A stretch of 64,000 nt of DNA from Deferribacterales bacterium (GTDB lineage: Bacteria; Chrysiogenota; Deferribacteres; Deferribacterales; Geovibrionaceae), in the NCBI GenBank assembly GCA_050253075.1, contig JBFWJS010000002.1:480001-544000 (forward strand), in the 5' to 3' direction. The notes under the pieces are model-generated. The model saw only the letters and a list, made by a program, of their open reading frames with translations, was not told where the DNA came from and made no database searches. The position numbers were made by a program, and so were the translations under genes. The number at the start of each line of letters is the position of its first letter. Within the stretch, counting starts at the first letter, position 1. Shown piece by piece: positions 41,621 through 52,283 of the stretch.

Positions 41621-42217
41621 ATGAAAGCTATTGCCATCAACGGAAGCCCCAGAAAAGACGGGAACACATCAATACTGCTTAACAGAGTCCTTGCGCCGCT
41701 CAAAGAAGCGGGATGGGAGACAGAGATCATTCAGCTCGGCGGGAAGCCCGTCAGAGGATGCTTGGCCTGCACAAAGTGCTTTGAAACAAAAGATATGCAG
41801 TGCATCATTAAGAATGACATTATAAATGACGTAATAGCAAAGATGGTCGAAGCTGACGCTGTCATCATCGGTACGCCCACATATTTTGCAAATGTTTCCA
41901 CAGAGATAAAGGCTCTCATAGATAGAGCAGGATACGTCACTATAGCAAACGGTAAACCGCTGAAGGGGAAAGTCGGCGCTCCTGTTGTCGCTGTTCGCCG
42001 TGCAGGTGCCATACCTGCATTCGATGCTATAAACCACTTCATGCACCTTTCACAGATGATAATGCCCGGTTCTACATACTGGAACTTAGGCATCGGACGC
42101 CTACCAGGCGAGGTCGAAGGCGATGAGGAAGGCCACAGAAACATGGAAAACCTCGGTAAGGTCATCGACTGGCTCACTAAGATAACAAAGCCGTCTCTCG
42201 ACTCTTTCCCTGCTTAA
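41621..42217 (+). CDS. Iron-sulfur flavoprotein / flavodoxin-family FMN reductase
   Basis: NGSPRKDGNT, CLACTKC-X7-C, GTPTYF, STYWN. Confidence 0.9.
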   Translation: MKAIAINGSPRKDGNTSILLNRVLAPLKEAGWETEIIQLGGKPVRGCLACTKCFETKDMQCIIKNDIINDVIAKMVEADAVIIGTPTYFANVSTEIKALIDRAGYVTIANGKPLKGKVGAPVVAVRRAGAIPAFDAINHFMHLSQMIMPGSTYWNLGIGRLPGEVEGDEEGHRNMENLGKVIDWLTKITKPSLDSFPA

Positions 42218-42221
42218 TCTA

Positions 42222-42426
42222 AATCACTAAAAAAAACACAGCTATGTCATTCTGAGCTGAGCGAAGAATCTGTGATACCATTAGAGAACCAACATGTTCA
42301 GATCCTTCGGCTAAAGCCTCAGGATGAAGAAAAAGTTTTCTGAAACAAAAAATCCCCGATGTTACTATAAACAACGGGGATTTTATTATTGTGGGTCAAA
42401 ATCCCAACATGTCTTTAAGGCCCTTG
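42222..42426. mobile_element. MITE family C, copy 2, left end truncated
   Basis: Close match to 62912-63116; right end cccttg as in copy 1; no left TIR or TSD visible. Confidence 0.8.
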
Positions 42427-42556
42427 TCACAATGCCCCCTTTTTTATCATATACATCATTCGTTTAAAATTAACTTGAACGATCATTCAAAATAACTCTT
42501 GAAAAGTACACCGCTTAGTATACATTAAGTATTACTTTATTATCAGGAGTAGTTAG

Positions 42557-43153
42557 ATGAAAGTAATCGCTATCAATGCAAGCCCCAGAAAGGGAGGAAA
42601 TACCGAGACCCTCATTAACAAAGTTCTCGAACCAATGAAAGATGCAGGCTGGGAAACAGAGGTTATTCAGATCGGCGGTAAGCCCATAAGAGGCTGCATG
42701 GCATGCTATAAGTGTATGGAAAATAAAGACATGCAGTGCGTCATAAAGACAGACATGATAAACGAGATACTGCCTAAACTTGCCGAAGCCGATGCGCTTA
42801 TCCTAGGCACACCTGTCTTTTACTCAAACGTCACATCAGAGATGAAAGCATTCATGGACAGAATAGGCTTCCTATCCCTCGCTAACGGATATCTTTTTAA
42901 AGGCAAGGTCGGAGCACCTGTCATAGCCGTTCGCCGCTCAGGAGCTATCCCCGCTTTCGACGCAGTAAACCACTTCCTGCATCATCAGCAGTTCGTAATG
43001 TCAGGCTCAACATACTGGAATCACGGCATAGGGCTCACACCGGGAGACGTTGAGGGAGATAAGGAAGGCATAGAAAATATGACTCATCTGGGCAAAGCAA
43101 TAGACTGGCTCGCCAGAGCAACAAAACCCGTCAGAGACTCATTCCCCGAGTAG
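42557..43153 (+). CDS. Iron-sulfur flavoprotein, tandem paralog
   Basis: NASPRKGGNT, CMACYKC-X7-C, GTPVFY, STYWN; same length (198 aa) as its neighbour. Confidence 0.9.
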   Translation: MKVIAINASPRKGGNTETLINKVLEPMKDAGWETEVIQIGGKPIRGCMACYKCMENKDMQCVIKTDMINEILPKLAEADALILGTPVFYSNVTSEMKAFMDRIGFLSLANGYLFKGKVGAPVIAVRRSGAIPAFDAVNHFLHHQQFVMSGSTYWNHGIGLTPGDVEGDKEGIENMTHLGKAIDWLARATKPVRDSFPE

Positions 43154-43182
43154 GTTTCATTTTTACATTATCAGGCAGCGGG

Positions 43183-43791
43183 CTACTTGTCTGCTGCCTT
43201 AGCTAAGGCAACTACATGTTTCAGATTCTTTAACAGTCTAAGGCGCTGTTTATACATTTTATAAACCTTATACGGACGCAGACTGTTCTGTATAGCATAT
43301 TTCATAGTCAGCTTTCTCGCACCCAGCCCGTCTATCACGACCAGCTTATACCTGCCCTCTTCAACTTTCTGAAGGAGTACGTTGGATATCACGGCATCCA
43401 CAAACAGTATGTTGTTCTTTTTGAGGTAGTCATTCAGCTCTTCCACAAGGGGAACAGCCTCTTCCCATGTGATCTGCCGTTCTTTCACAGCATGGTGAAG
43501 GGTCAGCACGGGTGATTCGTCATAATTCCTCACCCTGTCAAATACGAGCCCTTCGCCTTCGCTGGTCTCTACCCATCCATAGCACTTCGGCATAAATGAG
43601 AAATCAGTGACAGTATCTTCTGCGAGTTTATAGCTGAGAAATTCTATGAGATTCTGGCTTTTGAAGTTTGGATTTTTGCGTTTTTTAGTGACAACTTTAA
43701 TGACCTTGGTGTCATCATCGGGGTGTATATAACAAATTCTCTGGTGTCCGTGGCCCAGATAATGCTCTTCTTTAAGGTTTATAACGGTCAT
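43183..43791 (-). CDS. YrbL family (kinase-like) protein
   Basis: LGHGHQRICYIHP..IKV, YGWVETSEGEGLVFD, LVVIDGLG. Confidence 0.8.
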   Translation of the reverse strand: MTVINLKEEHYLGHGHQRICYIHPDDDTKVIKVVTKKRKNPNFKSQNLIEFLSYKLAEDTVTDFSFMPKCYGWVETSEGEGLVFDRVRNYDESPVLTLHHAVKERQITWEEAVPLVEELNDYLKKNNILFVDAVISNVLLQKVEEGRYKLVVIDGLGARKLTMKYAIQNSLRPYKVYKMYKQRLRLLKNLKHVVALAKAADK

Positions 43792-43879
43792 CTTCTGTCC
43801 TAAAAATAATAGTTTTAATGAAGATGAATTTTAGCATAGAACAAAGAGAGTAAACAAGAGCGCTTTACAAATGATTCAC

Positions 43880-43912
43880 AAAAAAAAGGGAGCCTTTCGG
43901 CTCCCGTTTTTT
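43880..43912 (-). terminator. Terminator of the alpha operon
   Basis: gggagcc/ggctccc stem flanked by A/T runs. Confidence 0.85.
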
Positions 43913-43915
43913 ATA

Positions 43916-44269
43916 TTAGTCTACGAACTCGATGATCGCCATTGGTGAGTTGTCACCCTGACGAAATCCAGTTTTAATTATTCTTGTATATCCGCCGGGA
44001 CGCTCGCTGAACTTAGGAGCGATCTCGTCGAAAAGTTTATGAACAACCGCCTTATTTGGGAGTTTCTTGAGTGCATTTCTGCGAGCTGCAAGATCGCCCT
44101 TCTTGCCAAGAGTTACAAGCGGCTCAACAAACATTTTGAGTGCTTTTGCTCTTGTAACGGTTGTTTCAATACGGCCGTGCTCCACAAGAGAAGTGGCGAG
44201 GTTACGAACCATAGCCTTTCTGTGTGCAGGTTTTCTGCCGAGTTTGAATCCGCTTACTTTATGGCGCAT
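43916..44269 (-). CDS. rplQ: 50S ribosomal protein L17
   Basis: MRH..KLGR..HRKA; RPGGYTRI. Confidence 0.97.
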   Translation of the reverse strand: MRHKVSGFKLGRKPAHRKAMVRNLATSLVEHGRIETTVTRAKALKMFVEPLVTLGKKGDLAARRNALKKLPNKAVVHKLFDEIAPKFSERPGGYTRIIKTGFRQGDNSPMAIIEFVD

Positions 44270-45277
44270 TTACTCTTCCTCCGATTCGATGCTGTTATTG
44301 TAGCCGATGGTTTCAAGATCCATACCGAGGGAAAGTCCAAGCTCCTGGAGAACTTTTTTGATCTCTTCGAGTGACTTTCTACCGAAGTTTTTAGTCTTGA
44401 GCATCTCAGCATCAGTCTTCATGCAGAGTTCTGCAAGAGTCTTGATGTTAGCGTTTTTCAGACAGTTATAGGCACGAACAGAAAGCTCAAGCTCTTCGAT
44501 GCTCTTATCGAGCAGATCAAGAAGCTGATCGTTCTGATTCTCTTCCTCGTCCTGTTTGTCTTCAACCACTGGCTCGTCGAAATTGATGAAAAGGTTCATC
44601 TGATCTTTTATGATCTTAGCTGCGAAACCTATAGCGTCCTCAGGATTGATAGATCCGTCTGTCTCTATATCCAGAGTCAGCCTGTCGTAGTCTGTCGACT
44701 GACCGACACGGGCGTTATCCACATGGTAGTTTACCTTTTTGATAGGTGTAAACACAGCATCAACGGAAAGCATATCGATCTCGTCGAAGTCTTTCTCGAG
44801 CTCTTCAGCAGGTACGTATCCGATACCCCTCTGAATAACGAACTCCATGTTGAGTTCCTTCTTAGGGTCAGTGATAGTACAAATGTGCTGATCAGGTGTG
44901 AGTATCTCTACCATTGTGTCACCGGTGATATCACCGGCTGTCACAGGGCCTTCGCCTGTCTTCTTAATATACACGCGTCTAGTCTCGTGTGTATGAAGTT
45001 TAAGGTCCAGCATCTTGATATTCATAAGGATATCTACAACATCCTCGTAAACACCTTCGAGTGAATCAAACTCGTTGCTCACTCCGTCTATCTTAACGCC
45101 GACAACAGCCGTACCCTCGATAGTAGCGAGGAGAACTCTGCGCAGTGCGTTACCGATAGTGATTCCGAAACCTTTCTCGTAAGGCTCCGCAACATACTTG
45201 CCGCTTCTGTTTGTGACTTCGCCCACGGCTTCTATTTTTCTGGGCTTTATGATTTCATGAAAGTTCATGATGACCAT
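44270..45277 (-). CDS. rpoA: RNA polymerase alpha subunit
   Basis: [32 protein letters not shown]. Confidence 0.97.
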   Translation of the reverse strand: MVIMNFHEIIKPRKIEAVGEVTNRSGKYVAEPYEKGFGITIGNALRRVLLATIEGTAVVGVKIDGVSNEFDSLEGVYEDVVDILMNIKMLDLKLHTHETRRVYIKKTGEGPVTAGDITGDTMVEILTPDQHICTITDPKKELNMEFVIQRGIGYVPAEELEKDFDEIDMLSVDAVFTPIKKVNYHVDNARVGQSTDYDRLTLDIETDGSINPEDAIGFAAKIIKDQMNLFINFDEPVVEDKQDEEENQNDQLLDLLDKSIEELELSVRAYNCLKNANIKTLAELCMKTDAEMLKTKNFGRKSLEEIKKVLQELGLSLGMDLETIGYNNSIESEEE

Positions 45278-45301
45278 TTTATCTTAACCTCCGTGTGAAG
45301 C

Positions 45302-45928
45302 TTACTTAGAGTAAAGTTCCACGATCAGGTGTTCCTGAATGTCGTAACCAACGTCGTCTCTTTCAGGCAATCTGTTAACAACAGCCTTAAAGTTAGATTT
45401 TTCCAGACCGAGCCATTCGGATACACCGCGGCCATCCGCTGTGTCCAGACAGTCTTTAATTCTGGAAATGTTTTGGCTCTTTTCACGAACCTCTATTACC
45501 ATACCCGGCTTTACAAGGAAACTTGGAATGTTTGCCTTTTTTCCGTCTACAAGGAAGTGGCTGTGTCTAACCAGTTGTCTTGCTTCTTTACGGCTTCCCG
45601 CAAATCCTGCTCTGTAGACAATGTTATCCAGTCTTCTTTCAAGAAGCTGAAGAAGGTTTTCACCAGTAATTCCTTCCATTCTAGTCGCTTTATCAAAGTA
45701 GCGTCTGAATTGTTTTTCAAGTACGCCGTAAAGCCTTTTAACCTTTTGTTTCTCACGCAGCTGGAGACCGAAGTCGCTTATTTTCTTGCGACCCTGTCCG
45801 TGCTGACCGGGAGGATAAGGTTTTTTCTCAAATCCGCATTTATCTTTGTAGCAGCGTTCTCCTTTAAGGAAAAGCTTCATGCCCTCTCTGCGGCAGAGTT
45901 TACATACTGCTCCTGTATACCTAGCCAA
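45302..45928 (-). CDS. rpsD: 30S ribosomal protein S4 (Zn-binding type)
   Basis: [29 protein letters not shown]. Confidence 0.97.
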   Translation of the reverse strand: MARYTGAVCKLCRREGMKLFLKGERCYKDKCGFEKKPYPPGQHGQGRKKISDFGLQLREKQKVKRLYGVLEKQFRRYFDKATRMEGITGENLLQLLERRLDNIVYRAGFAGSRKEARQLVRHSHFLVDGKKANIPSFLVKPGMVIEVREKSQNISRIKDCLDTADGRGVSEWLGLEKSNFKAVVNRLPERDDVGYDIQEHLIVELYSK

Positions 45929-45940
45929 CTTGGACCTCCG

Positions 45941-46324
45941 TTACACTCTTCTCTTCTTTCTTGGTCTGCATCCGTTATGGGGAACAGGTGTTACGTCCCT
46001 GATAACAGTGATTTTCAGACCCGCAGCGGCGATAGCACGAATAGCAGATTCACGTCCGGCACCAGGGCCTTTTACGTTAACTTCTACTTCACGCATGCCG
46101 TTGTCTACAGCCTTTTTAGCCGCCTGCTCTGCCGCAATCTGCGCAGCAAATGGGGTGGATTTACGTGAGTTTCTGAAACCCACACCGCCGCCGGCTGCCC
46201 ATGTAACAGCATTGCCGTTCACATCGGTGAATGTAACGATGGTATTGTTAAATGTTGACCTGATATGGGCAACACCCTTCGGTACGTTCTTTTTTTCTCT
46301 TTTTTTAGAGCTTTTCTTAGCCAT
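45941..46324 (-). CDS. rpsK: 30S ribosomal protein S11
   Basis: STFNNT, KSTPFAA, PHNGCRP. Confidence 0.97.
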   Translation of the reverse strand: MAKKSSKKREKKNVPKGVAHIRSTFNNTIVTFTDVNGNAVTWAAGGGVGFRNSRKSTPFAAQIAAEQAAKKAVDNGMREVEVNVKGPGAGRESAIRAIAAAGLKITVIRDVTPVPHNGCRPRKKRRV

Positions 46325-46338
46325 TTAGCTTCTACCCC

Positions 46339-46707
46339 TTACTTCTTCTTGATACCGCGCTTACCGGCAAGACCGCGTCTTGTTCTTGCGTTAGATCTGG
46401 TCTTCTGACCTCTGCAAGGAAGATGCATCTTGTGTCTGGAGCCACGATAGCAGTTAATTTCCATAAGTCTTTTGATGTTGAGAGCTGTCTCTTTACGGAG
46501 ATCACCTTCAACAGTGAGGTTGTCTTCGATGTAATTTCTAATAGCAGAGATATCCTGCTCAGAAAGATCGCCGATTCTCTTGGAGAGGTCACAGCCTATA
46601 TGTGCAAGTATATCTCTTGCAGTCGCACGACCCACACCAAAGATGTTTGTAAGGCCAACCTCGACTTTTTTGTTGTTCTGGATGTCTACACCAGCAATTC
46701 TTGCCAC
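46339..46707 (-). CDS. rpsM: 30S ribosomal protein S13
   Basis: ARIAGV, VEGDLR, RGQKTRSNARTR. Confidence 0.97.
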   Translation of the reverse strand: MARIAGVDIQNNKKVEVGLTNIFGVGRATARDILAHIGCDLSKRIGDLSEQDISAIRNYIEDNLTVEGDLRKETALNIKRLMEINCYRGSRHKMHLPCRGQKTRSNARTRRGLAGKRGIKKK

Positions 46708-46719
46708 AAAAAGCCTCCT

Positions 46720-46833
46720 TTAACCTTGTCTCTGCTTGTGTCTAGGGTTTTCGCAGATAATTCTTACGACCCCTTTACGTTTTATAATTTTGCATTTGCT
46801 GCAAATAGGCTTTACACTAGCCCTGACTTTCAT
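46720..46833 (-). CDS. rpmJ: 50S ribosomal protein L36 (not in the ORF track)
   Basis: Manual translation [37 protein letters not shown]. Confidence 0.97.
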   Translation of the reverse strand: MKVRASVKPICSKCKIIKRKGVVRIICENPRHKQRQG

Positions 46834-46845
46834 TGTTCCACCCCG

Positions 46846-47070
46846 TTATTTCTTATGTCGGTAGGTTATTCTACCACGGGAAAGGTCATACGGTGAAAGT
46901 TCTACCGTAACCTTGTCGCCGGGAAGTATTCTGATAAAGTGCATTCTCATCTTTCCGGAGAGGTGCGACAGTATCACGTGCTTATTTTCAAGCTCAACCT
47001 TAAACATTGCATTAGGAAGCGCTTCTAGCACAGTCCCTATGGTTTCGATTACGTCTTCTTTCTTTCCCAT
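46846..47070 (-). CDS. infA: Translation initiation factor IF-1
   Basis: [23 protein letters not shown]. Confidence 0.97.
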   Translation of the reverse strand: MGKKEDVIETIGTVLEALPNAMFKVELENKHVILSHLSGKMRMHFIRILPGDKVTVELSPYDLSRGRITYRHKK

Positions 47071-47076
47071 ATACCT

Positions 47077-47820
47077 TTACAACGTTAATATTTCCGGTCC
47101 GTCGGGAGTGATGGCTACAGTGTTTTCATAATGTGCTGCCATGCTGCCGTCTTCTGTGACTGCAGTCCAGCCGTCTTTGAGGGTTCTAACACCGTAATAT
47201 CCTGCGGTAACCATAGGTTCCACAGCTATGACCATCCCTGCACGCAGCCGCACGCCTCTGTTAGGTCTCCCAAAATGGGGGATAGAGGGTTCCTCGTGCA
47301 GGTCTCGGCCGATACCGTGACCGAAAAAATCTCTTACTACGCCGTAGCCATGCTTTTCGACATGTACCTGCACCTCATGTGAGATGTCTGTAAGTCGACC
47401 ACCGGCAACGGCCTTTTTCATACCTTCAAAAAATGACTCTCTGGTCACTCTTATCAGTCTCTCTGATTCCTCAGATATATCCCCAACAGCAAAAGTGCGA
47501 GCAGCATCACCATGGAAGCCGTTTATATAGGCCCCAACGTCTACACTCACAATGTCGCCGTTATTTAACTTTCTGTCACCCGGAATTCCATGCACGACTA
47601 CTTCATTGACTGATGTGCATGTCGCAGCGGGAAAGCCGTGATAACCCTTAAACGAGGGCACGGCATCCCGAGAGTTTATAATACTCTCTGCAAATTTGTC
47701 AACATCTAATGTAGTCATGCCGGGTTTGATAAAATCTTCAAGCTTTTCAAGGACTTCACGCACAATACCACAGGCAATGCGCATTTTTTCCAGTTCTGCC
47801 TTTGATTTTATTGTAACCAT
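47077..47820 (-). CDS. map: Methionine aminopeptidase type I
   Basis: SVNEVVVHGIP, GFHGD, GHGIG..HEEP, AHYENT. Confidence 0.96.
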   Translation of the reverse strand: MVTIKSKAELEKMRIACGIVREVLEKLEDFIKPGMTTLDVDKFAESIINSRDAVPSFKGYHGFPAATCTSVNEVVVHGIPGDRKLNNGDIVSVDVGAYINGFHGDAARTFAVGDISEESERLIRVTRESFFEGMKKAVAGGRLTDISHEVQVHVEKHGYGVVRDFFGHGIGRDLHEEPSIPHFGRPNRGVRLRAGMVIAVEPMVTAGYYGVRTLKDGWTAVTEDGSMAAHYENTVAITPDGPEILTL

Positions 47821-48467
47821 TAACCGAGAATATCCATAATTTTGGCATAAACATTCTTAGGATCGTCGTCGCCGTTGATCTCTGTGAACTTACCTGTTTT
47901 GCCGTAGTAATCTTTTAAAAGAGCTGTTGTGTCGTGGTAAACACCGAGTCTCTTACGGATGGTTTCCTCACGGTCGTCATCTCTGTGGACAAGTGTTTCG
48001 CCATCGTTATCACACTTACCACCCTCTTTTGAAGGGTTGAATTTGATGTGGTATGTTGCTCCGCATGTAGGGCAGACACGTCTGCCTGTGTTACGCTTAA
48101 CAACCACTTCGTCATCAACCTCAAGGCTGATGATGTGTGTGATAGAAGTTTTCAGCTCATTTTCGAGCATAGAGTCGAGCGCTTCCGCCTGAGCTGTAGT
48201 TCTTGGGAATCCATCAAGGATGAACCCGTTTTTACAGTCGTCTGCTTCGAAACGTTCTTTCATCATGTTTATGATCAGAGTATCAGGAACGAGCTGTCCG
48301 CCGTCCATATATACTTTTGCTTCCTTACCAAGCTCTGTTCCCGCTTTTACTGCAGCGCGGAGAAGGTCGCCTGTTGATATCTGTACTACTTTATAGTCAT
48401 CAATGATTCTTGCTGACTGTGTACCTTTACCTGCTCCCGGAGGTCCGAGAAAAATAAGGTTGATCAT
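47820..48467 (-). CDS. adk: Adenylate kinase (Zn-lid type)
   Basis: GPPGAGKGTQ, STGDLLR, LDGFPR, CPTC..CDND. Confidence 0.97.
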   Translation of the reverse strand: MINLIFLGPPGAGKGTQSARIIDDYKVVQISTGDLLRAAVKAGTELGKEAKVYMDGGQLVPDTLIINMMKERFEADDCKNGFILDGFPRTTAQAEALDSMLENELKTSITHIISLEVDDEVVVKRNTGRRVCPTCGATYHIKFNPSKEGGKCDNDGETLVHRDDDREETIRKRLGVYHDTTALLKDYYGKTGKFTEINGDDDPKNVYAKIMDILG

Positions 48468-49774
48468 ATCATGCTCCTGCCCTGAATACGGCCTTTCTTA
48501 AGAAAGCCGTCGTAGTTGTGTGTAACAAGGTGCGCTTCGATCTTAGAGATAACGTCCATACCCACACCGATAACGATGAGGATAGATGTTCCACCGAAGT
48601 AGAAAGGAACGTTGAATCCTTTAATAATCAGCTGCGGCAGTATCGCTACTGCTGCGAGGTAAAGCGCGCCGACAAATGTAAGTCTGGAGAGTGTGAAATC
48701 TATAAACTTAGATGTCTCTTCGCCAGGTCTCTTGCCGGGTATAACCCCGCCTGATTTGTTGATGTTGTCCGCTATATCATCAGGGTTAAAGATGATAGAT
48801 GTGTAGAAGTATGTGAAGAATATGATGAATCCGAGTGTCACGGCATAATATATCCATGAGCTAGGAGACAGATAAAAACTCATCTTCTGTATAATCACAT
48901 TTTCGCTGAATGTCGCAAGTGTGCTAGGGAAAGCAAGTATGGACATTGCGAAGATGATAGGGATAACACCCGCAGGGTTTAATTTAAGGGGCAGGTAGGA
49001 GGTGGCAACATTGCCTCTCCCACCGCCGCCTTTTCTAACATATTGTATGGGGAGCCTTCTGGATGATGTTTCCATGAAGACTATGGCCGCAGTAACAGCA
49101 AGTATTATGGCGACAACAGCTATAATTGTGATCAGCTGTACTTCGCCTGTCTTGATCAGTGTGAGCGTTCTGCTGACAGCTGATGGAAATCCGGCGATAA
49201 TACCTGCAAAAATGATAACTGATATACCATTACCGAGACCTTTTTCAGTGATTTTCTCTCCGAGCCACATAAGGAACACAGTACCTGTTGTCAGAGTGAT
49301 CGCTGTAACGATTCTAAATCCCATTCCAGGGAACATAACAACCGGTGCGCCGCCGGGGGATGTCATCCCCTCAAGGCCGATGGCGATACCCATACCCTGA
49401 AAGAGGGAGATGGCTACCGTACCGTATCGTGTATACCTAGTGATCTTATCACGCCCTTCCTGACCGCGCTTTTTAAGCTCCGCAAGATGCGGAACAGCAA
49501 CAGTCATCAGCTCCAGAATAATTGCAGCTGAGATATATGGCATGATACCGAGTCCGAACACTGTAAGTTTTGACAAAGCACCACCGGTAAACATGTCGAA
49601 AAATCCGAGCAGGTTACCAGCTTGCTGTGCGAAAAACTGGCTCAAGGCCTCGCCGTCTATACCTGGTGTTGGAACGTGTGCACCGATCCTGTAAACAAAC
49701 AGGAAAAACAACGTCCACATAATTCTTCTTCTAAGTTCAGGTATTGAGAAAATCTCTTCTATTTTTTTAAACAT
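48464..49774 (-). CDS. secY: Preprotein translocase subunit SecY
   Basis: LGIMPYISA, WLGEKIT..GLGNG, IPGKRPG, GGTS. Confidence 0.97.
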   Translation of the reverse strand: MFKKIEEIFSIPELRRRIMWTLFFLFVYRIGAHVPTPGIDGEALSQFFAQQAGNLLGFFDMFTGGALSKLTVFGLGIMPYISAAIILELMTVAVPHLAELKKRGQEGRDKITRYTRYGTVAISLFQGMGIAIGLEGMTSPGGAPVVMFPGMGFRIVTAITLTTGTVFLMWLGEKITEKGLGNGISVIIFAGIIAGFPSAVSRTLTLIKTGEVQLITIIAVVAIILAVTAAIVFMETSSRRLPIQYVRKGGGGRGNVATSYLPLKLNPAGVIPIIFAMSILAFPSTLATFSENVIIQKMSFYLSPSSWIYYAVTLGFIIFFTYFYTSIIFNPDDIADNINKSGGVIPGKRPGEETSKFIDFTLSRLTFVGALYLAAVAILPQLIIKGFNVPFYFGGTSILIVIGVGMDVISKIEAHLVTHNYDGFLKKGRIQGRSMI

Positions 49775-49777
49775 TAA

Positions 49778-50227
49778 TTACCCCAGAATGACCACTTCGC
49801 AGCCAGCTTTTTCACATTTTTCCTTAGCAGAACCGGAGATCTTGTCTACTTCGAATTTGAGCTTTTTTGTAAGCTCGCCTTCGCCGAGGACTTTGATACC
49901 GTCTTTGTTACCTGCAATAAGGTTTTTGTCTTTCAGAGTTTCGTAGTTTACTACTTCTCCGTCTGTATATCTGGCGTCGATTGTCTCAAGGTTTACTATT
50001 TCGTAAACAGTGGCGAATCTGGCGTTGTTGAAGCCTCTCTTAGGAAGTCTTCTGTTAAGAGGCATCTGGCCGCCTTCGAATCCCGGTCTAACACCGCCGC
50101 CAGATCTTGCTTTCTGACCTTTGTGTCCTTTACCGGAGGTTGTACCATGGCCGCTACCGCTACCACGTCCAAGCCTTTTTCTATCTTTATTGGCACCTTT
50201 TGCCGGTTTCAGATCATGAAGTTCCAT
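49778..50227 (-). CDS. rplO: 50S ribosomal protein L15
   Basis: GFEGGQMPL.RRLPKRGF. Confidence 0.97.
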   Translation of the reverse strand: MELHDLKPAKGANKDRKRLGRGSGSGHGTTSGKGHKGQKARSGGGVRPGFEGGQMPLNRRLPKRGFNNARFATVYEIVNLETIDARYTDGEVVNYETLKDKNLIAGNKDGIKVLGEGELTKKLKFEVDKISGSAKEKCEKAGCEVVILG

Positions 50228-50239
50228 TTATATAACCTC

Positions 50240-50737
50240 TTACCTGATGATTTCCTGGATAGACTTGCCTCTTGCTTCAGCAACTTCTTCCAGAGTTCTC
50301 ATTTTTTTGAATCCGTCCATAACAGCGTAAAGGGAGTTATAGGCGTTTCTGCTTCTTGTAGACTTGCAAAGGATGTTCTGTACACCTGCAAGCTCGAAAA
50401 GTGAACGTGTTACTCCACCGGAGATGATACCAGTACCGGGAGATGCCGGCTTCATGATGATCTCGGAAGAAACGAATTCACCGATAACCTCGTGAGGGAT
50501 AGTACCGTTCACAACAGGAACCTGTACCATGCTCTTTTTGGCATTATCGAGGGCTTTTTTGATAGCGTCGGGCACTTCACGTGCTTTACCGTATCCGATT
50601 CCGACGGAACCGTTCATATCACCCACTACAACAAGAGCAGTAAACTTGAAAATTCTACCACCCTTAACAACTTTTGTTACTCTGCCGATGTTGACTACTT
50701 TGTCAACGATCTGCTGTTCGTCTTTAATAGCGTTCAA
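50240..50737 (-). CDS. rpsE: 30S ribosomal protein S5
   Basis: RVTKVVKGGR, GKAREVP, PASPGTG. Confidence 0.97.
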   Translation of the reverse strand: MNAIKDEQQIVDKVVNIGRVTKVVKGGRIFKFTALVVVGDMNGSVGIGYGKAREVPDAIKKALDNAKKSMVQVPVVNGTIPHEVIGEFVSSEIIMKPASPGTGIISGGVTRSLFELAGVQNILCKSTRSRNAYNSLYAVMDGFKKMRTLEEVAEARGKSIQEIIR

Positions 50738-50748
50738 AGTAATCCTCC

Positions 50749-51114
50749 TTAGAACTCAAGACCGGCTTCACGGGCAGCTTCAGCAAGTGCTTTGATTCTG
50801 CCGTGGTAAAGGAAACCGCCTCTGTCGAAGATGACAGATTTGATGCCTTTCTCTGAAGCTCTTTTAGCCACTTCAGCGCCAACAGCTTTAGCGGACTCGA
50901 GGTTTACACGGCCGCTGAACTTCTCTTTCATCTCTTTTTCGAGAGAAGAAGCAGCTGCGAGTGTTGTGCCGTTTACATCATCTATAACCTGGGCATAGAT
51001 GTAGCTGTTTGATTTGAAAACAGCGAGCCTAGGTTTCAGTGTAGTGCCTTTTAACTTTTTTCTTGTGCGCATGTGTCTTCTGACACGAGCCTGCGCTCTT
51101 GATACCTTAGCCAC
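50749..51114 (-). CDS. rplR: 50S ribosomal protein L18
   Basis: [22 protein letters not shown] 51114 fits the AAGGAG spacing. Confidence 0.95.
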   Translation of the reverse strand: MAKVSRAQARVRRHMRTRKKLKGTTLKPRLAVFKSNSYIYAQVIDDVNGTTLAAASSLEKEMKEKFSGRVNLESAKAVGAEVAKRASEKGIKSVIFDRGGFLYHGRIKALAEAAREAGLEF

Positions 51115-51126
51115 TTTCAACACTCC

Positions 51127-51666
51127 TTATTTTTTACCGGTTTTACCGGCTTTTTTAGCGACGAATTCGCCGAGATATCTCACACCTTTACCTTTGTATG
51201 GCTCCGGTGGTCTGATCTCGCGAATGTTAGCAGCTACCTGACCAACGAGTTGCTTATCGATACCGGACACAGATATTTTAGTCTGTGTCTCAGCCTTAAG
51301 CTCGATGCCTTCAGGAGCACTGAACACTACAGGGTGTGAAAAGCCGAGTGCGAAATCGAGGTCGCTGCCCTTCTGAGCAACTTTGTAACCTACACCGATT
51401 ATCTCGAGGTCTTTCCTGTAACCCTGTGTTACGCCGATTATCATGTTGTTGATAAGTGTCCTTGTAAGGCCATAAACAGACCTGGAAAGCTTGGATGAAT
51501 CCACGTTTTTAACAGTGATGACATTCTCTTCGATTGTCACTGCTGCTTTAGGGTGGATATCCTGTGAAAGCTTGCCCTTAGGTCCTTCCACGCTGACGAT
51601 CTTGCCGTCGAAGGCTACTTTAACGCCTGCTGGGATTTCTATCGGTAATTTACCAATTCTGGACAT
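51127..51666 (-). CDS. rplF: 50S ribosomal protein L6
   Basis: MSRIGK, PEPYKGKG. Confidence 0.97.
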   Translation of the reverse strand: MSRIGKLPIEIPAGVKVAFDGKIVSVEGPKGKLSQDIHPKAAVTIEENVITVKNVDSSKLSRSVYGLTRTLINNMIIGVTQGYRKDLEIIGVGYKVAQKGSDLDFALGFSHPVVFSAPEGIELKAETQTKISVSGIDKQLVGQVAANIREIRPPEPYKGKGVRYLGEFVAKKAGKTGKK

Positions 51667-51678
51667 TACAGTTCTCCG

Positions 51679-52077
51679 TTACCATATCTGGCAGATATAT
51701 TCTCCGCCAACTTTCTCAGTTATGCACTGCTTGACGGTTTTGATTCCGCGTGATGTAGAAACAACACCATTACCAAGTCCGCCAAGAACAGGTTTAAGGT
51801 TCTTAGTGTTCACATACACTCTCTGACCGGGCTTAGAAACACGCTTCATTCCGCGTATTACAGATTCGCCGTGATCGTTATATTTGAGGTGTAGTACTAT
51901 ATTTTTACGATTTCCATCGTCAGCAACACGGAAGTCTTTTACATAGCCCTCTTCCACGAAAAGAGCTGCCATAGCCTCCTTCATCTTTGAATGAGGTACT
52001 ACTACTTCCTGATGACGCACCATCAGTGCGTTACGCATTCTTGCGAGCATGTCCGCAATAGGATCTGTCATTCCCAT
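51679..52077 (-). CDS. rpsH: 30S ribosomal protein S8
   Basis: DPIADML, RVSKPG, STSRG. Confidence 0.97.
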   Translation of the reverse strand: MGMTDPIADMLARMRNALMVRHQEVVVPHSKMKEAMAALFVEEGYVKDFRVADDGNRKNIVLHLKYNDHGESVIRGMKRVSKPGQRVYVNTKNLKPVLGGLGNGVVSTSRGIKTVKQCITEKVGGEYICQIW

Positions 52078-52096
52078 GACTTAGTCTCCTTATTTT

Positions 52097-52282
52097 TTAC
52101 CAGCTGGATTTTCTTACGCCCGGGATTTCTCCCTCGAGCGCGAACTTCCTAAAACAAAGTCTGCACATATTGAATCTGCGCATAAAAGCCCTGGGTCTTC
52201 CGCATATTGGACAGCGGTTGTTTGCCCTTACCTTGTATTTCTTCTTGAGAAATGCACTGTGATATTTAGCTTTTGTGGCCAA
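52097..52282 (-). CDS. rpsZ: 30S ribosomal protein S14 type Z
   Basis: TTG start after [26 protein letters not shown] (61 aa). Confidence 0.95.
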   Translation of the reverse strand: MATKAKYHSAFLKKKYKVRANNRCPICGRPRAFMRRFNMCRLCFRKFALEGEIPGVRKSSW

Positions 52283-52283
52283 C

